From the NCBI GenBank assembly GCA_000165425.1, contig CT868025.1, positions 62,001 to 126,000 on the forward strand: DNA of 64,000 nucleotides, given 5' to 3'. Shown in pieces: positions 41,001 through 54,950 of this stretch. The notes under the pieces are model-generated. The model did not search any database and was not told the DNA's origin. It saw only the letters and a program-made list of their open reading frames with translations. The position numbers were made by a program, and so were the translations under genes. The stretch is from Paramecium tetraurelia. Its lineage: Eukaryota. Within the stretch, counting starts at the first letter, position 1, and each line of letters opens with the position of its first letter.

Positions 41001-44000
41001 AGATTATTTTTGTTACACCAAAGAAAGCAAGTGGGGGAACTGGAGCAATTTCTTTCTCATACAATTAAAAAACAGTCACTAGTAGCTTATTTTCATACGA
41101 TGATGCTTTAAGAATCTAAGTGTAATCCTTAGAATTCAATTCAAAAACTCCAGTATTCAAAGGTGAAATGACAATCACAGGAACCAATTTCGGAACTGTT
41201 GTTGATGATATCAAAGTTACTTTAGTTGGATCTAAATCTTATAATGCTAAAGTTATTTCTGTGACAGATACTTCAATTCAAGTATATTTAAGAGGAGGAA
41301 TGCCCTGGTGACTATAGAAGTTACTATTACTAGAAAAAATTATGGTAATTCATATGCCAATTCGAATGATAACTTATTTAAATATATCATTCCAGTCACT
41401 AGTGTTACCTTGGAAGATGGCACTAGCTAAGCAAAAGGATCAGAGGCAGGAGGAACAGTTATTAAAATAACAGGATCTAACTTTGTTTTGGGAGAAACTA
41501 TTGTATTTGTTGGTTAAGCTGTTAATTGGATCTGTGAAATTGATGAAACTAGATTCACAAGTGAAGTCATTTATTGCTCTGTTCCACCAAAATGTGAATA
41601 CTATAACTAATAAGCTTAGTTAGTTGTTGTAACAGTACAAGTAACTCTTGAATCAACATGTCTTGATACCACAAATAATTGCTTATTTACTTATGATAAT
41701 ACATTAAATCCAACAATTGAAAACTATCCAGAATCCAGCACTTAATATACAGGATCAAGAATTTTGACAGAGTCTGATCATTAAAAACCAGATTATTAAA
41801 AATTAGTCTAAAGAAAGAGATTTTTATGGACAGATGAATCAAAGAAATAAGGCATCAATCACATTTTAAACCTTGGTAAATCACCAAGAAGAGATATGTT
41901 GTCATCTGCTGATTTAGTTTTAAGTTAATAAAAGACTTATGCCCCAGGAGATACAGAAACCTTAACTGGAACAGGATTAACAGATACAGTTTTTATTGTT
42001 TTCAAAGGTCCAGTTACCTAAAAAGTAACTGCAACAATTTCTGGATCATCATTCACTTACACAATTCCAAATTTACCTTAGGGCTAATATAAAACTTATG
42101 TTTTAACTAAGAATGGTTATGCAGATAAGATTTGGGTTACTGTAATTGGATTAAGCATAACATCCATTGATACTGCTGTTATTGGTGGATAAATATTGAC
42201 AATTAACGGAGTTGGATTTAATGCGGATTAATCTGCAAGTGTAAAAGTAGGAACAACAGACTGTACTGAACTATAAGTAGTCTCAACTGTTTAAATTAAA
42301 TGTAGACTGGCTAGACAATCAGCCACATCTGCAGCAGTAACACTCTCACAATTACCTTCTGAAAATAATTCAGCAGTTCCTATTACAGCAACATTTACTT
42401 TGACTATAAGCCCATCTACTAGCTCTCCATTATTCACAGCAATTACCGGTGCCTCCTATGACTCTACCCAAAAGGCTTACTTAGCTACAGCAGGAAATGT
42501 TGTTCTTGTATTCGCTGGTAGTAGACTTACCGGCACTACACTTGTAGTCACATTAGAACATATGGGTCATAAGATAGCTGGAACTTCTTCAGCTTTATCT
42601 GATACCTCAGTAACAGCTACCTTTTCAAATTTAGCTGCAGGAGTTTATTCAATTAATTTATTAGTTGATAATAAATATGCATACATCAGTGATGTTACTA
42701 AATAAAAATTAATTGTTAGTGCTGCTGCACCAACTTCTACTAATCCATAAGTATCCTATGCTGGTGGTGCAACTGTTACATTTACAGGAACCGGTTTCGA
42801 TACAGTAAATGAATAAAATTCAGTCAAACTGTGCGGATTTGATTGCCCAATTACAAGTGCAACATACACAACACTTTCATGCGAAACTCCAAAATTATTG
42901 ACATCATCAGTTTTAAGTTAATATACTGCTTTATCAGAACCTGCAAGATATATTAAACCATCAGAAGTCACATTATTAGCTGATTCAACAACCTCAGTTT
43001 CTAAATTCTTTGATTTACTCTAATCAACTTATTATACTTCTAGTGCTGCTTCAAATTGTTATGTCTAAGTTGACTTTGGATCAAGTAGAATTTTGAAATT
43101 ACATTAATTAAGATACATGCCAAGAATAGACAAATAAGCAATTTTATTGAAAGATGCAGTGTTCTAATATACAACTGATGGCACTAATTGGTAGACTTTG
43201 TTAACTGTTGATTAAACAGTGCATACAGGTTGGAACATTTACGTTCCTTAAACTGATATCTCAGGAATCAAAGCAGTTAGATTGTTTGATTCAAGAGGAT
43301 CAACTGGATCATCATGCTAATTAGCTGAAATTGAATTGAAAGGTTGGATATTGTCAAATAGTAATAATGCATACTCAGTTCCAACTTCATGTAATGCAGA
43401 AATCTCAGTAAATGGTTAATCTCTTGGTACAGTATCAAATGCTGTTAGTTACTCCTCATCTAGTGTTCCTATTGTTAATGCTGTCAGTCCAGCTACAGGT
43501 AGATTTACAGAAGAAGCAGTTATTACAATTACTGGTACTGGATTTGTAAATGGATAAACTAACAGTAACCATAGATGGAGTCACATGTGCAATTTAGAGT
43601 GTTTCAACAACCTAAATTGTCTGTAAAACTGGAGTCAAAGATCTAGAATAAACTCAATTAAATGGAGTATTTTAAGTTAGAGTTAATGGAAATTTAGCAG
43701 TTAATAACAAATAATTCATTTATGCAACCAAATGGTCAGATATCAATACTTGGGGTGGGTATGAATATCCAGGTGATGGAGATTCAGTTATTGTTAATGC
43801 TGGATAAACTTTGATTGTTGATGTTAAAACTCCTAAGATGATGCAAGTCTTAGTTGAAGGAACACTTACATTCTCTGATGAAGTAGATACATCTTTGGAT
43901 GCTCATTTTATTGTTATTAGAGAAGGAAAATTCAATATAGGAACAGAATTAGTGGCTCATTAACACAATGTATAGATTACCCTATATGGAGTTGAAGAAG

Positions 44001-47000
44001 ATACTTAAATGCCTGCTATGGGTAACAAAGTTTTGGGATGCCATCAATGTTAATTAACTATTCATGGTAAAGAAAGAACTCCAACTTGGACATTATTATC
44101 AAGTACAGCATCAGTTGGAGCAACTCAAATTACAGTAGATGATGCAGTAGACTGGTAAGTTGGAGAATAAATTGTTATTACTTCCAGTGAAGTTGAACAC
44201 ATGCAAAGTGAAAAAAGATACATTACAGCAGTTAGTGCTGATAAAAAGACTTTAACTCTTGATTAACCACTTACTTATAAACATTATTCAGATGTTGAAA
44301 CATTTGAAACAGATTCATTCCCTATGAAGGTTGAAGTTGGTTTATTGACTAGAAATATTGTTATTCAAGGTGAATAATCAGAATTGAAATATGGTTATCA
44401 TTTGATGATTCATGGAAGAGCTGAGAAAGGATCAGTTGGTAAAATATCATATGCAGAATTCAGATATGGTGGTTAACCAAGAATTATTGGTAGATATCCT
44501 GTCCATTTCCACTTGAATGGAGAAGTAGATGAATCATATGTTGTTGGTAATGCTATTCATGATTGTTATGCTCGTTGTTTGACTATTCATGGTGTTCATT
44601 ATTTGAAGGTTTAGAAGAATGTATGCTATAATACTTTTGGACATGCCATATTTCTTTGAAGATGGTATTGAAACAAATAATGTTGTTGAAGATAATCTTG
44701 TTGCAAGTACCAAATAAAGTTGGATCATGTTACAAACAGATATTACTGTGGCTACTTATTGGGTTACAAATCCATAAAATATTTTAAGAAGAAATAGATC
44801 TGGAGGTTCAGAATGGTATGGATTTTGGTATGAAATTAAAACCAATCCAGATGGTCCATCAGCTACTTCAGATATTTGTCCTCCAGGATTAAACATCCTT
44901 GAGTTTAAGGATAATTGGTCACATTCAAATGGTAGATTTGGTCTTCGTATCTTCTAAATGGCACCAAGAAAGTTCCCTTGTAACGATCCTGCTAATTGGG
45001 TCAATGATTAACCATACATTGATAATCCAAGTCTTTAAGCCGTTTTTGAAAAATTCTATACATGGAAAAATAATGAATGTGGTATTTTAGGGGAAGAATT
45101 GGGTAACATCTACTTCAAGGACATTATGATTGCTGATTCCAAATTTGCCGGTTTCTAAGCTCATAAAGGTAACTTCTCAACTGAAGGAGCAGTCTTGGAT
45201 AATGCAGTAATCATTGGTAAATCAAATCATAATGCAAATCCAGATGATACTTACTATGATGGATCAAGAGCAATGGTAGTTCCAAGAACAAATGGATTTT
45301 TAGCTAAAAATATCAGAATTTATAATTATGGAAGTAATACTGCTTTAATTGAATCATGCTCTGTATGTTGGAATGTTAAATTATGGGTATAAGGAGGCAA
45401 AAATACATAATTCTTTAATGTCAAAGCATATCATTCTGATACAGCTAATCGTATCTTTTGGTAGAAACATAGAAGAGAAATCTTCTGGGATTAAGATGGT
45501 TCAATTTCAGGAGTGTCAGGAGGTGCCTATATTATCCCATATAAGAAGCATATTGATGGAATTCCAGGATGTGTTAATCATCCAGAAGATTTTTGGGATA
45601 ATTCTATCATTTGTGCTATGAATTAAGTCACAATAAGAGATGTTTTGGTTAATAATCCTACTCCAGAACAAGATTTCACAGGAGTTGATATGAAATTATA
45701 TAGATTGGACAGTACTAATATTGCACTCAAAATGGATGCTAATATTGACGAGAGCAAATTCATAGAAGGAGAAACAATGAAAATTATAAAGAAAAGTCAT
45801 GATGTTAAATAATCATTTGCAAGTATATTTGCAACTGGTTTCACTTATAATGTCCATTTCAAATTTGGAGCAAGTGATCCATTAAGCATGGGTATCTTTG
45901 CGTCTCCATACTTCAACTAAAATGATGATGCTGTTATTCTTAGATTTAATTACTCTGCCAATAGGGAAACATTTGATATCATGAGAAACATTGGAGGAAA
46001 ATTCCCAGTAAATTACACAAAATTGGAATAGATTCCAAATACTAAGACTTGTAATTAAGGTGATTGGTTTAATGATAGAACAAACAAACTATTCTTCCTT
46101 TGCTTGTCTGGTAAGAATAAGAAGTAATATGAATATGTTGAAGTCAGAGGAGTTATTTGCAGAGAAGAATGCGATAGTTTAGGAGATGTACCATAAGAAG
46201 ATGGATATAGATATTGGAGTGATCCTGCTACTTGGATAGATAACAAAGTACCAGTTGAAGGAGATAGTCCAATTGTATAAGCAGCATATTAAGTTATCTT
46301 AGATGTTGATCCTCCTAAACTTGTTAATTTAACTATTTTGGGATCTTTAATTTTTGATGAGAAAAGAGCATCAACTAAGTTAGAAGCAGAGAGAATCTGG
46401 GTTAGATCAGGAAAATTATTGGCTGGTAATTCAACTAATCCATTCCCTGGAAAGATTAACATTGTATTGAATGGAGAATTTGGAGATAATCCATTAGTAA
46501 TTGATGCTAATCTTGATGTTGGTAATAAAGTACTTGCTGTAACAAGAGCTATGGAATTATACTCAAAGCCACCTGGAACAGTATGGACTAGATTAGCTGC
46601 ATATGCTGATGCTGGTGCAACCACTATTACTGTAGCTGAATGTGCTGATTGGGCCGTTGGTGATGAAATAGTATTTGGTCCATCAGGTAGTGACCCTGAA
46701 TAAAGAGAGAAGAGATCAATAGCAGCCATTTCTGGATGTGTTATAACATTAAATCAAGCCCTTGAATTTGATCACTATGGAGCTCCATCAGTAACTATTG
46801 ATAAACCTGGAATTGGACAATTAGATATGAGAGCAGTTGTTGGACATTTAACTAGAAAGATTAAGATTGAAGGAGGACCTAGTGTTCATGGTTTAGGATG
46901 TAGAGTCTTGATTTATCAATTCGAAGAACCAGAAGCTAATTTAGGATTCCCAAGAAGAGGATACACTGTTTTACATGGTGTAGAATTTAACAATTGTGGT

Positions 47001-49572
47001 CAATATGATACTTAAAGAAGTGGGTTAGATTTTAGAAATCTTAATAGTGAGATCATTAAGACTCCAAGTGAAGTTATTGGTTGCTCATTCCATGATACTA
47101 CAGGTATGTTGATGACAATCTAAAATTCTTAATACATTACAATCAAGAATAACATATTCTTTACTGGTATCAAGGCTTTGGTTTAGATCAATAACAGTTA
47201 ATATGTGAAATTCTAAAATAATGCTTTGATTTATGTCAAAAAGAGAATATTAAACGAAGGAGGTATTGCAAATTGGGCAGTATTTGGTAACTTTGTTTAC
47301 ATGGATGAATTAGTACCAACTTAAATGACAAGAGATGTTGTTGATGTATCTGGAAATGTCGGATAAGGATCATAAGATACAGGTTTCTTCGTGATGGCAA
47401 GTAGATGTTCAGATGCATATTAATCATCATTCTATAATAATCATTGTTCAGGATCTGTGTTGGCTTGTTTTGGAGTCAGATAAGACCCAGAAGGAAAGTG
47501 CACATACATATAAGGATTATCTGCATATCATAGTGGAGTAGGTATAATGTACGCAGTTTTTGCAGAGGAATTACGTTTGGAGAAAGCATTGGCTGCTGAA
47601 AACGACGTAGGTATTGTCTTAAGAGGTGCTCCTTAAAGCATTTAAGACAATTAGATGAAGTTTTCAAATAGTTTTGTGAGTGCATTTGTGAGACCAGAAT
47701 GTCCTAAGTGTTATTCTGCAACTTTGAATCCTTATTGCAGTAATGTCTATGGAGTTAAGATGGGTACATTATCTTCAACTGCTTTCCCTCCTATTTCGAC
47801 TAAACCTTCAGACAATTTTGATTCTCTTTGCACCATTCAAAGAGTTGATCTAAGAGTTTATGTCAATAATGTAGAATTCAATAATTTCAGATTATCTCAT
47901 GACTCTGCTCCTAGATGTGGTAAAAATGCAGTATTCAAGACAAATCACAAGGCACATGATTCTACAGGATAGCACTATTTGGTTAATTCACCTTGTACCA
48001 ACTGTGAATTTGATTCCATTCTTTATTAGATGAGAGATTCTGATTGGTCTAAATTAGGATGGTTCGGAGGATGTGGTTCATTTGAATGCACAGGTCAGAA
48101 AAATGTCTTGGTTGAAGATCAAACAGGTCACTTCTTTGGACAAATTGGGTAGGCCATAACCAATAATACATACTTTGGACCAAACGTAACTCATTGTATT
48201 AGAAAGAACACTTGGAATGGATATTGGTGCCCTGATAGAAAGATTACAGTTTTGAGTTTTATGAGTGTCGCAGCTGATTACAACAAGAGACTGTATTCTC
48301 CAATCAAGTTGACTGATGGATTATTCTTCAATGAGATTAATAGTTTCTTTGAATGGAATTGGGATGGACCGGAACCTTTGAATTTGAGAGAATCTAAATT
48401 CGTAGCCTTGGTGTCAGCCAATACAGTTATTAATATGAGCAATGCAGGTATGAACCCAACTGCATCTGAATATTGGCTATCAAAAAGAAGTGAGGCTGGA
48501 AGTCCTGAAGATTACGTAATTTTGAAATGGCAGTTTTCAGTGCCTTAAATTGTTCAGGTATAGGTTGGCAATAAAGTCATATTGCCTGGATTGACCACAA
48601 ATTCTAAACATCATGATTTATTGACTATGACTGACTAATGTGGAGCCAATAACTACTTCTTTGAAAATAGAACTATTCATTTTGTAGTCAATGCAAAACT
48701 TGGATGCAAAGTTAAGATTTCACTTAAGAATACACTCCAAGTTTCAACAAGACTAGAAATAACAACAGATGAATTCTTTGGTGATAAATTCTTGCAATAC
48801 GCAAAAGCTCAATTAGGCGGAGATCCTTATAATTACTTTATTATTGGAACCAAGAAATCAACTAGAAGATTTTTGGATGAAAGCGTCAGCTAATAAGTTA
48901 CCGTTGATTGGGGAATAGTTGATAGTGCTGAAATTGGAACAGAAGCATCCTCTAATTCTTAGTAGGTTCTTTCAGAATTAGCCAGCAAATTAGAATCCTT
49001 CAATCCTCCCCCTGAAATTGGTACAGTGTTAGAACAATCAACCACAATCACTGCTATTAACAAATTAAACTTCGCAAGCACTGAAGTTACATCATGTATT
49101 TTTATTAATCATAATTTTATTAGTGACTCCAACCTCTCCTAGTGATGGTACCAATACAAACAATGGAAGCAATAATAATAATGGAAATAGTGACAATAGC
49201 AACAACAATGGTAACACTGGATCAACAGGTGGAAATACTAACAATAACTCCACTTAATCTGATAATACAGAAATTGTATTGACTACTGATGAAGGTGTTA
49301 ATCAATAGGATCTTAGCGATAATATCGATAGCAATACATCAGGAACAATTCAAAAAGCTATCAAAAAGACTGAATCATCATCTTCCACAGTGATCATTGT
49401 TGTTTCAGTAATCTGTTCAGTAATTGGCGTTTCACTCCTTATCTCAGGATTGTTATATTACAAGAAGGTTAAATTAGCCAAATTGATGGCTGCTAGAGCC
49501 CAAAAGGTAGATAATGAATTCTTCAAAGTGAACATCACTGAACAATAACTACAACACTAACAACAAGAATGA
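38059..49572 (+). CDS. Giant fibrocystin-L/PKHD1L1-like type I membrane protein, copy B
   Basis: Starts MFISTLSTMLLMLL. Same architecture and apparently the same four intron positions as copy A (~38118-38142, ~38270-38295, 38857-38882, ~49096-49123). TM VIIVVSVICSVIGVSLLISGLLYY; TGA at 49570-49572. Several apparent +1 insertions. Confidence 0.9.
38515..47520 (+). repeat. Right arm of the ~9-kb near-identical inverted repeat (partner 4440-13432)
   Basis: Direct comparison with the reverse complement of 4440-13432. Confidence 0.95.
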
Positions 49573-49661
49573 GGAATGATAAAATATGTTTAGAAAATAT
49601 TAAAATTTAATTTATAAAATCATAAATACTAATTTATTTGGTTTTTCTTTAATATATAATT

Positions 49662-52600
49662 TCATTTTGCGTGTTTATTACACCAAGGACATGTAGGATA
49701 TGCTTGTAAATATGTATTCCATGCATCTTTGAGTGCTCCTTTTCCACAGGATTAACAATTAATTGTTTAATTCTTAAGAAGTGGCATACCAGTTATAATG
49801 CAAGGTTCCCATGTTTACTTACATTTGAAACATCTAAAATATTATAACTATATATCCTTACCTCAATGAAGCATCATAGATTTAATATCCACAATCACAT
49901 TGTCTAGTTGGAAGTACTGGATCTTAATTTTGATTTACACTTAATTAGAGTAACCAGTCCCTTATTTCTTCTTTCTCTTTGTCATTTATCAAATTCTTTT
50001 CTGGCATTGGTACATCATAAGGTGAGGGTAAATCACTATTTTAGAATTCAGCTCCATCTCCTAATCCATTATTGTTATCAGGATCTTCAATAACTTCGTA
50101 TATATCCAAATATCTATTCAATAGAACAAATGCTAATCCTAACTAATTGATCTTCTTAGCAACTCTTCCAGCATCCAAATACAATTAATCAATTCTAACT
50201 AAATCACAGTATCTCAACAATGAAATGCAAGTTTGAGCATGCAATTTGACAATACCATCCTAAGCATATTAATTTCTTAGATTGAGTAAATGAGCAACAA
50301 TGCCAAATTTTAAAAATTTCTTACCAGTTTCACTTTTAATTTCATGAGCAGCTTCCAATCCTTAGATAAATCCAAACAAAGCTTATCTAAGTAATTTCAA
50401 CTCTTTAGGATCACATTCAACAAAGATTTCTATTGCGAGATTCTCATAGATTGGATAATTTTATTAAATAATTGGCATTCCATAAGTCGCCAATGATTGA
50501 ATAGTTTCACTGAATCTTCCTTATTACATAGTGATTTTAACATATCTCATCAGATATTTGTTTAAGTATTCAACTCCATGTTTATCTGCTAATTGTAAGC
50601 ATTGTCCCCAATCATTTTTTTAAGCTAGCATTTCCATGGCAGCTGCAACATCTCCAGTTTCAATCATTACATTGGCTTATCCTGTTGATGCTCCGTATTT
50701 ACGTTACTCTTTGGTGATGTAATCCATCAATTTAGTATTCAATTCTTTATTATTAATCATTTGTGCAACTTACTTTGCTTTTTCAAATTCTCTACCTTAA
50801 ACATACGTAGTAACTGCTTCTTAATATTATCCAACTTATTCATAAAGAAATGCTGCTGTCTCTAATTTCTTGATTTCGATTAATCTCTTGCAAACTATCT
50901 ATACAATTCTTGGATACTTATCTTTATCATAATTGGCAGCTATTTGAATAGCTCTCTCCCATGCTCTTGTCATCACATCTTCACTTTAAGTATTTTAAGG
51001 GGTGACTTCCAAGTAGATCTCAATAGCCTTTAAGTAATCTCTTTGTTCTTCCCAAGTCTAAGCACTTTAATATAAGTCCTCTCCTGTCATGTTATAAGTA
51101 TTGGCTACATTGCCATATTTGTTATTTAATTCTGCAACCATATGAGGAGCATGACTCTTAGCAATTTTCAAAGCCAAGGGGTAATTGCCTTAATCAACAT
51201 ACATTTTAATTGCCAATTCTGGCCTCTTACCTTGAATATAAGCTTGTTCTGCTTTTTGAAGATCTTTCTTCTCAATGTAGAACTTGGCTTAGCTAATTAA
51301 GATTTAAGTGACAGATTATGGTTCATATTGACGAGCAATTCTTATAGCATGCACTGGTATAATCTCCAAGATGCTCGTACATGTTTATTGCTTCAGATGC
51401 TTTACCTGCTTTAATGAAGTTCTCTTCAGCTTCTTTGTATCTTCTTTCATCTTCCAAATGACAAGCATATTTGAAATGAACATCTTATAATTTATGTTTA
51501 GCATGCAAATTAGCCAATTTGAATGCTTCTTCAAATTCATGTCTGTCTGATTGATATTCAATCAAAGCATCAACCAGATTTAATCTTTGAAGCATCTTCA
51601 ATCCAGCATCTGGACCTAGAGATTCTGCCCATAATTTAGCCTATTAACATGTCTCTTTCTCAGATCCATACATTTTACAACATCTTATTGCTTCTTCCCA
51701 TTGATTATGAGTCTTGTACATCTACATAGCTAAATGCCATGAACCAGCTTCAATATAGTGTTGTTCAGCTCTCTTGAGGACATTTTCTCTTTCTAATTTC
51801 TTTGCAATTCCCAAATGAATGTCTTTTAATTTTTAAGGAGTGAATTTGCTAGCAATTCTTATAACACTCTCATATTATGATAGGTTTTGGTACATCAAAA
51901 TAGCAGTGTCATATTCTTAGACTGTTAAATATAACTTTTCAGCCTCTTTGTATTTACCAGCTTATTCAAATTTCTTACCCTAATTTAAATATAATTAAAC
52001 GATTTCTTCAGGTAAATATTCTCTAGCTATTGAGAGAGCTTTATCCCATTTGCTAGCCTTTACATACATCTCGAAGGCCTCAATAGGAGAATTAGCCTTA
52101 ATATAGTATTTTTCAGCAAAATCATATTATCTAACATCCTCGTAATGTTTAGCCACTTGTCTGTAATAGGGTCTTGAAACCTCAGCTGATTAATTTTATA
52201 ATAATTAAATGGCCTTAGTCCAAGATCTACTGTAGACTGCTGCTTCAATAGCCTTCTAAAACTTGCCTGCCTCGACATAATGGTTAATGGCACTTTCTGT
52301 TTCTTTGTTTTCAACTAAATAATTAGCCCAACTTTCCTCCAATTGCTTGACCAATTTAGGATCTTTTCTTTTAGCCAATTCGACTGCCTTTTTGAATACA
52401 TTACCTTTAATGTAACAATTCAAGGCTTGTTGATCGTCTTCCATCTATTCATAGAATTCTCCACCTTTCTCATACATACCACTTTAGGCTAAAGATGAGG
52501 CAATCTTTTCTAATAAGTCTTATGGGAAAGACATATTGCAATTAAATACAATATTGGCAGCTTTGGCTGGTAATCCACCTTACAAATAAAGATTAATAGC

Positions 52601-54950
52601 ATTAATAAAATCGCCTTCATTTTCCTTTAATTCAGCAGCCTTGGATTCTTATCCAGTTTCAATTAACCATTAATAGTAATTATCTTTGAGCACTTTAACT
52701 TATTCATGACCTCTCTTTTCAGCAATTTTAATAGCTTCATCCCATTTATGTAAGTCTTAATACATTCCCATAGCCTCATTCACTTCATTATGATTAAGCA
52801 ACAATTCTTCAGCCTTAGTAAACTATTTATCTAAGATAGCCAATTTAGACTAGACTTTGTAATATGATATTCCATCCTTCTTACCAGTCTCTTCATAATA
52901 TTTAGAAATGAGTCTATTAATACCTCTCAAATAAGATGCTCTAGCAACATCTCCCAAAGCAGCATAACAGTGTTCAGATACTGATAAATTTTACTCTTCC
53001 AAAGATAACTATGCTAACACTTTCCAATTGGCTTCAGTATCAGATGTCAATTCTAATTTATCTAAGATTGAAGCTGCCTTTTCAAGGTCTCTTCCTTCAA
53101 TTGCAAATCCAAATTCAATTAAGGCTTAATCCAATTTATAAGCAACTTTATTTTAACCTTCACTCACAATGACAGAGGTAGAACCAGCTTAAGTAGGTGT
53201 ACTAGAAATTCTTTCGATTTCTTCAACATCGCCTTTAATTGTATAAAGTGTAACTTTGTCAGGGTTTTCAATTGAATACCAAACACACAAATTGTTTCTG
53301 TTTTAAGCAACAATAACTTCACTTTCAGGAACCCATTATGCATAATTACAAAATGATAGAAGAGTGTGTTTGAAGGCATTTTTAATTGAATATAAATACA
53401 ATTATCTTCTCTTATCTCTAAATATTAATCTGTTGGCATGAGAATTCAATTCTAAGAAATCAATCTTAGTATCATGTGCAATTGTAGCAATAATACTCTT
53501 AGTGGTTAAATCTTATATCTATAAGGTTTGTAGATCCAATAAAAAGGCAATCACTTTAGTCTTGTTCTACCCAGTATAACTAACCTTAGCACTGATAAGT
53601 GAATTCTTCATATGTTCAGTTCTGCAAGTACCCAAAATACGATCACTTCCATATTCAATCAAAGTCAATTCTCCTGCATTGAATACCATACAAATATTTT
53701 CATTTGTAAAATCAAACTTTTCGTTTCCACTTCCTCTCCAACTGACTTCTGATGTCTTCCCTGTAGCCAAATCTCCCACAATCAAAGTCTCATGTGTTTT
53801 AGCAACTACAAATCTCTCTTTCTTTATATCAATCTTTGATATTTCAGCCTATGATGATCTAATGACTGCTTATTAATTAGTCGATAACACTTAAATGACA
53901 ATTTATGATGGACCAATATAATTCAAATCATATTTCCCCTTAAATCTAATCTTTTTCATAGAAATATCCCATGCATCTACTGATCCACATAGAGATCCAG
54001 TAATCAATTTTGATGAGTCATTCTTCCAACACCAATGCTGTAATTGTGTAATAATTCTCAATATGTTTTACTCCTATTTCTTCCCATTGAGATCTCTTTT
54101 GATTGTATGTGTAAAGATAAAATCTATTAAAATTACCCAATACTATGATATCTCCATTAGGACTACAAGCTCCAACTGAGAAATCCTTGCATCTTTCATC
54201 TTAAGTGTAATCAAATCTTTGAACCAGATTACCATAATTATCATAGAATGAGACCTTTTGATCATTACCAGCTGCTGCCACATGTTATCCATAAGCCAAA
54301 GCATAAGGTATTGAATGATGAACTACTAACTTCTATGATTATTGGGTGTCTAAGTTGTAACTGTACACTGATCCATCAAGATGGCCGGATACAACCACAT
54401 CTCCATCCCTATTGGTTGCCATACTTACTACGTAGGATTCTGTTGTGAATGCTATTTGAGACTAATAACATTGGTAAACTTGATTACTTTATTATTTTTC
54501 AAAAATCCAATCTTTACCTTTCCTTCTGCCAATCCGAATATGATATCATTCTCTCGTTATGCTGGCCATATCAATGTTGTAATTGAGGAAGAGGCTGGGA
54601 ATTTATTACAGATTGTCTTTTTCTCTTTAAATTTTGCTCCAATCTTATATACATACACTATATTATCAGATTGAGCAACAGCTATCTTGGTTGAATCTGG
54701 AGAAAATTCAACTGCCCTCACTACATATGATTTCTATTATGTCTTGTCTGAAGGCTTGGTTGGGAAATTGTCCTCCTTACCCAATTGATCATTAAATAAT
54801 AATATTTTCTAATTATACATCAACATCTCTTACCCTATCAGCCGTACAAACCCCGAAGTCTTTTAGACCGTTGTATGACCATGCTAGCCCACTCACTTTT
54901 TGCATGCCATCCAATGCTGGCATAATATTAGAGGAATACTTAAGTTGCAT
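49662..54950 (-). CDS. IFT172: Intraflagellar transport protein 172
   Basis: Starts [25 protein letters not shown]. Contains [79 protein letters not shown] and [14 protein letters not shown]40 then TPR-like architecture with a C-terminal Cys cluster. Confidence 0.97.

Noticed and set aside
38555..44655. Euplotes-type programmed +1 ribosomal frameshifting
   Set aside because: The sites lack a common AAA-stop context, TAA is a sense codon here, and the paralog lacks each extra base.
4440..47520. Inverted arms as terminal inverted repeats of a giant transposon or Polinton
   Set aside because: The arms are internal parts of host surface-protein genes. The spacer holds ordinary cellular genes, and no transposase, integrase, polymerase or target duplication was seen.
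15097..54950. Functional cluster of ciliary genes (CEP57-like, KIF6-like, PMCA, SAXO-like, IFT172)
   Set aside because: Ciliary genes are abundant in ciliate genomes and these are mixed with unrelated genes; enrichment cannot be shown without a genome-wide test.
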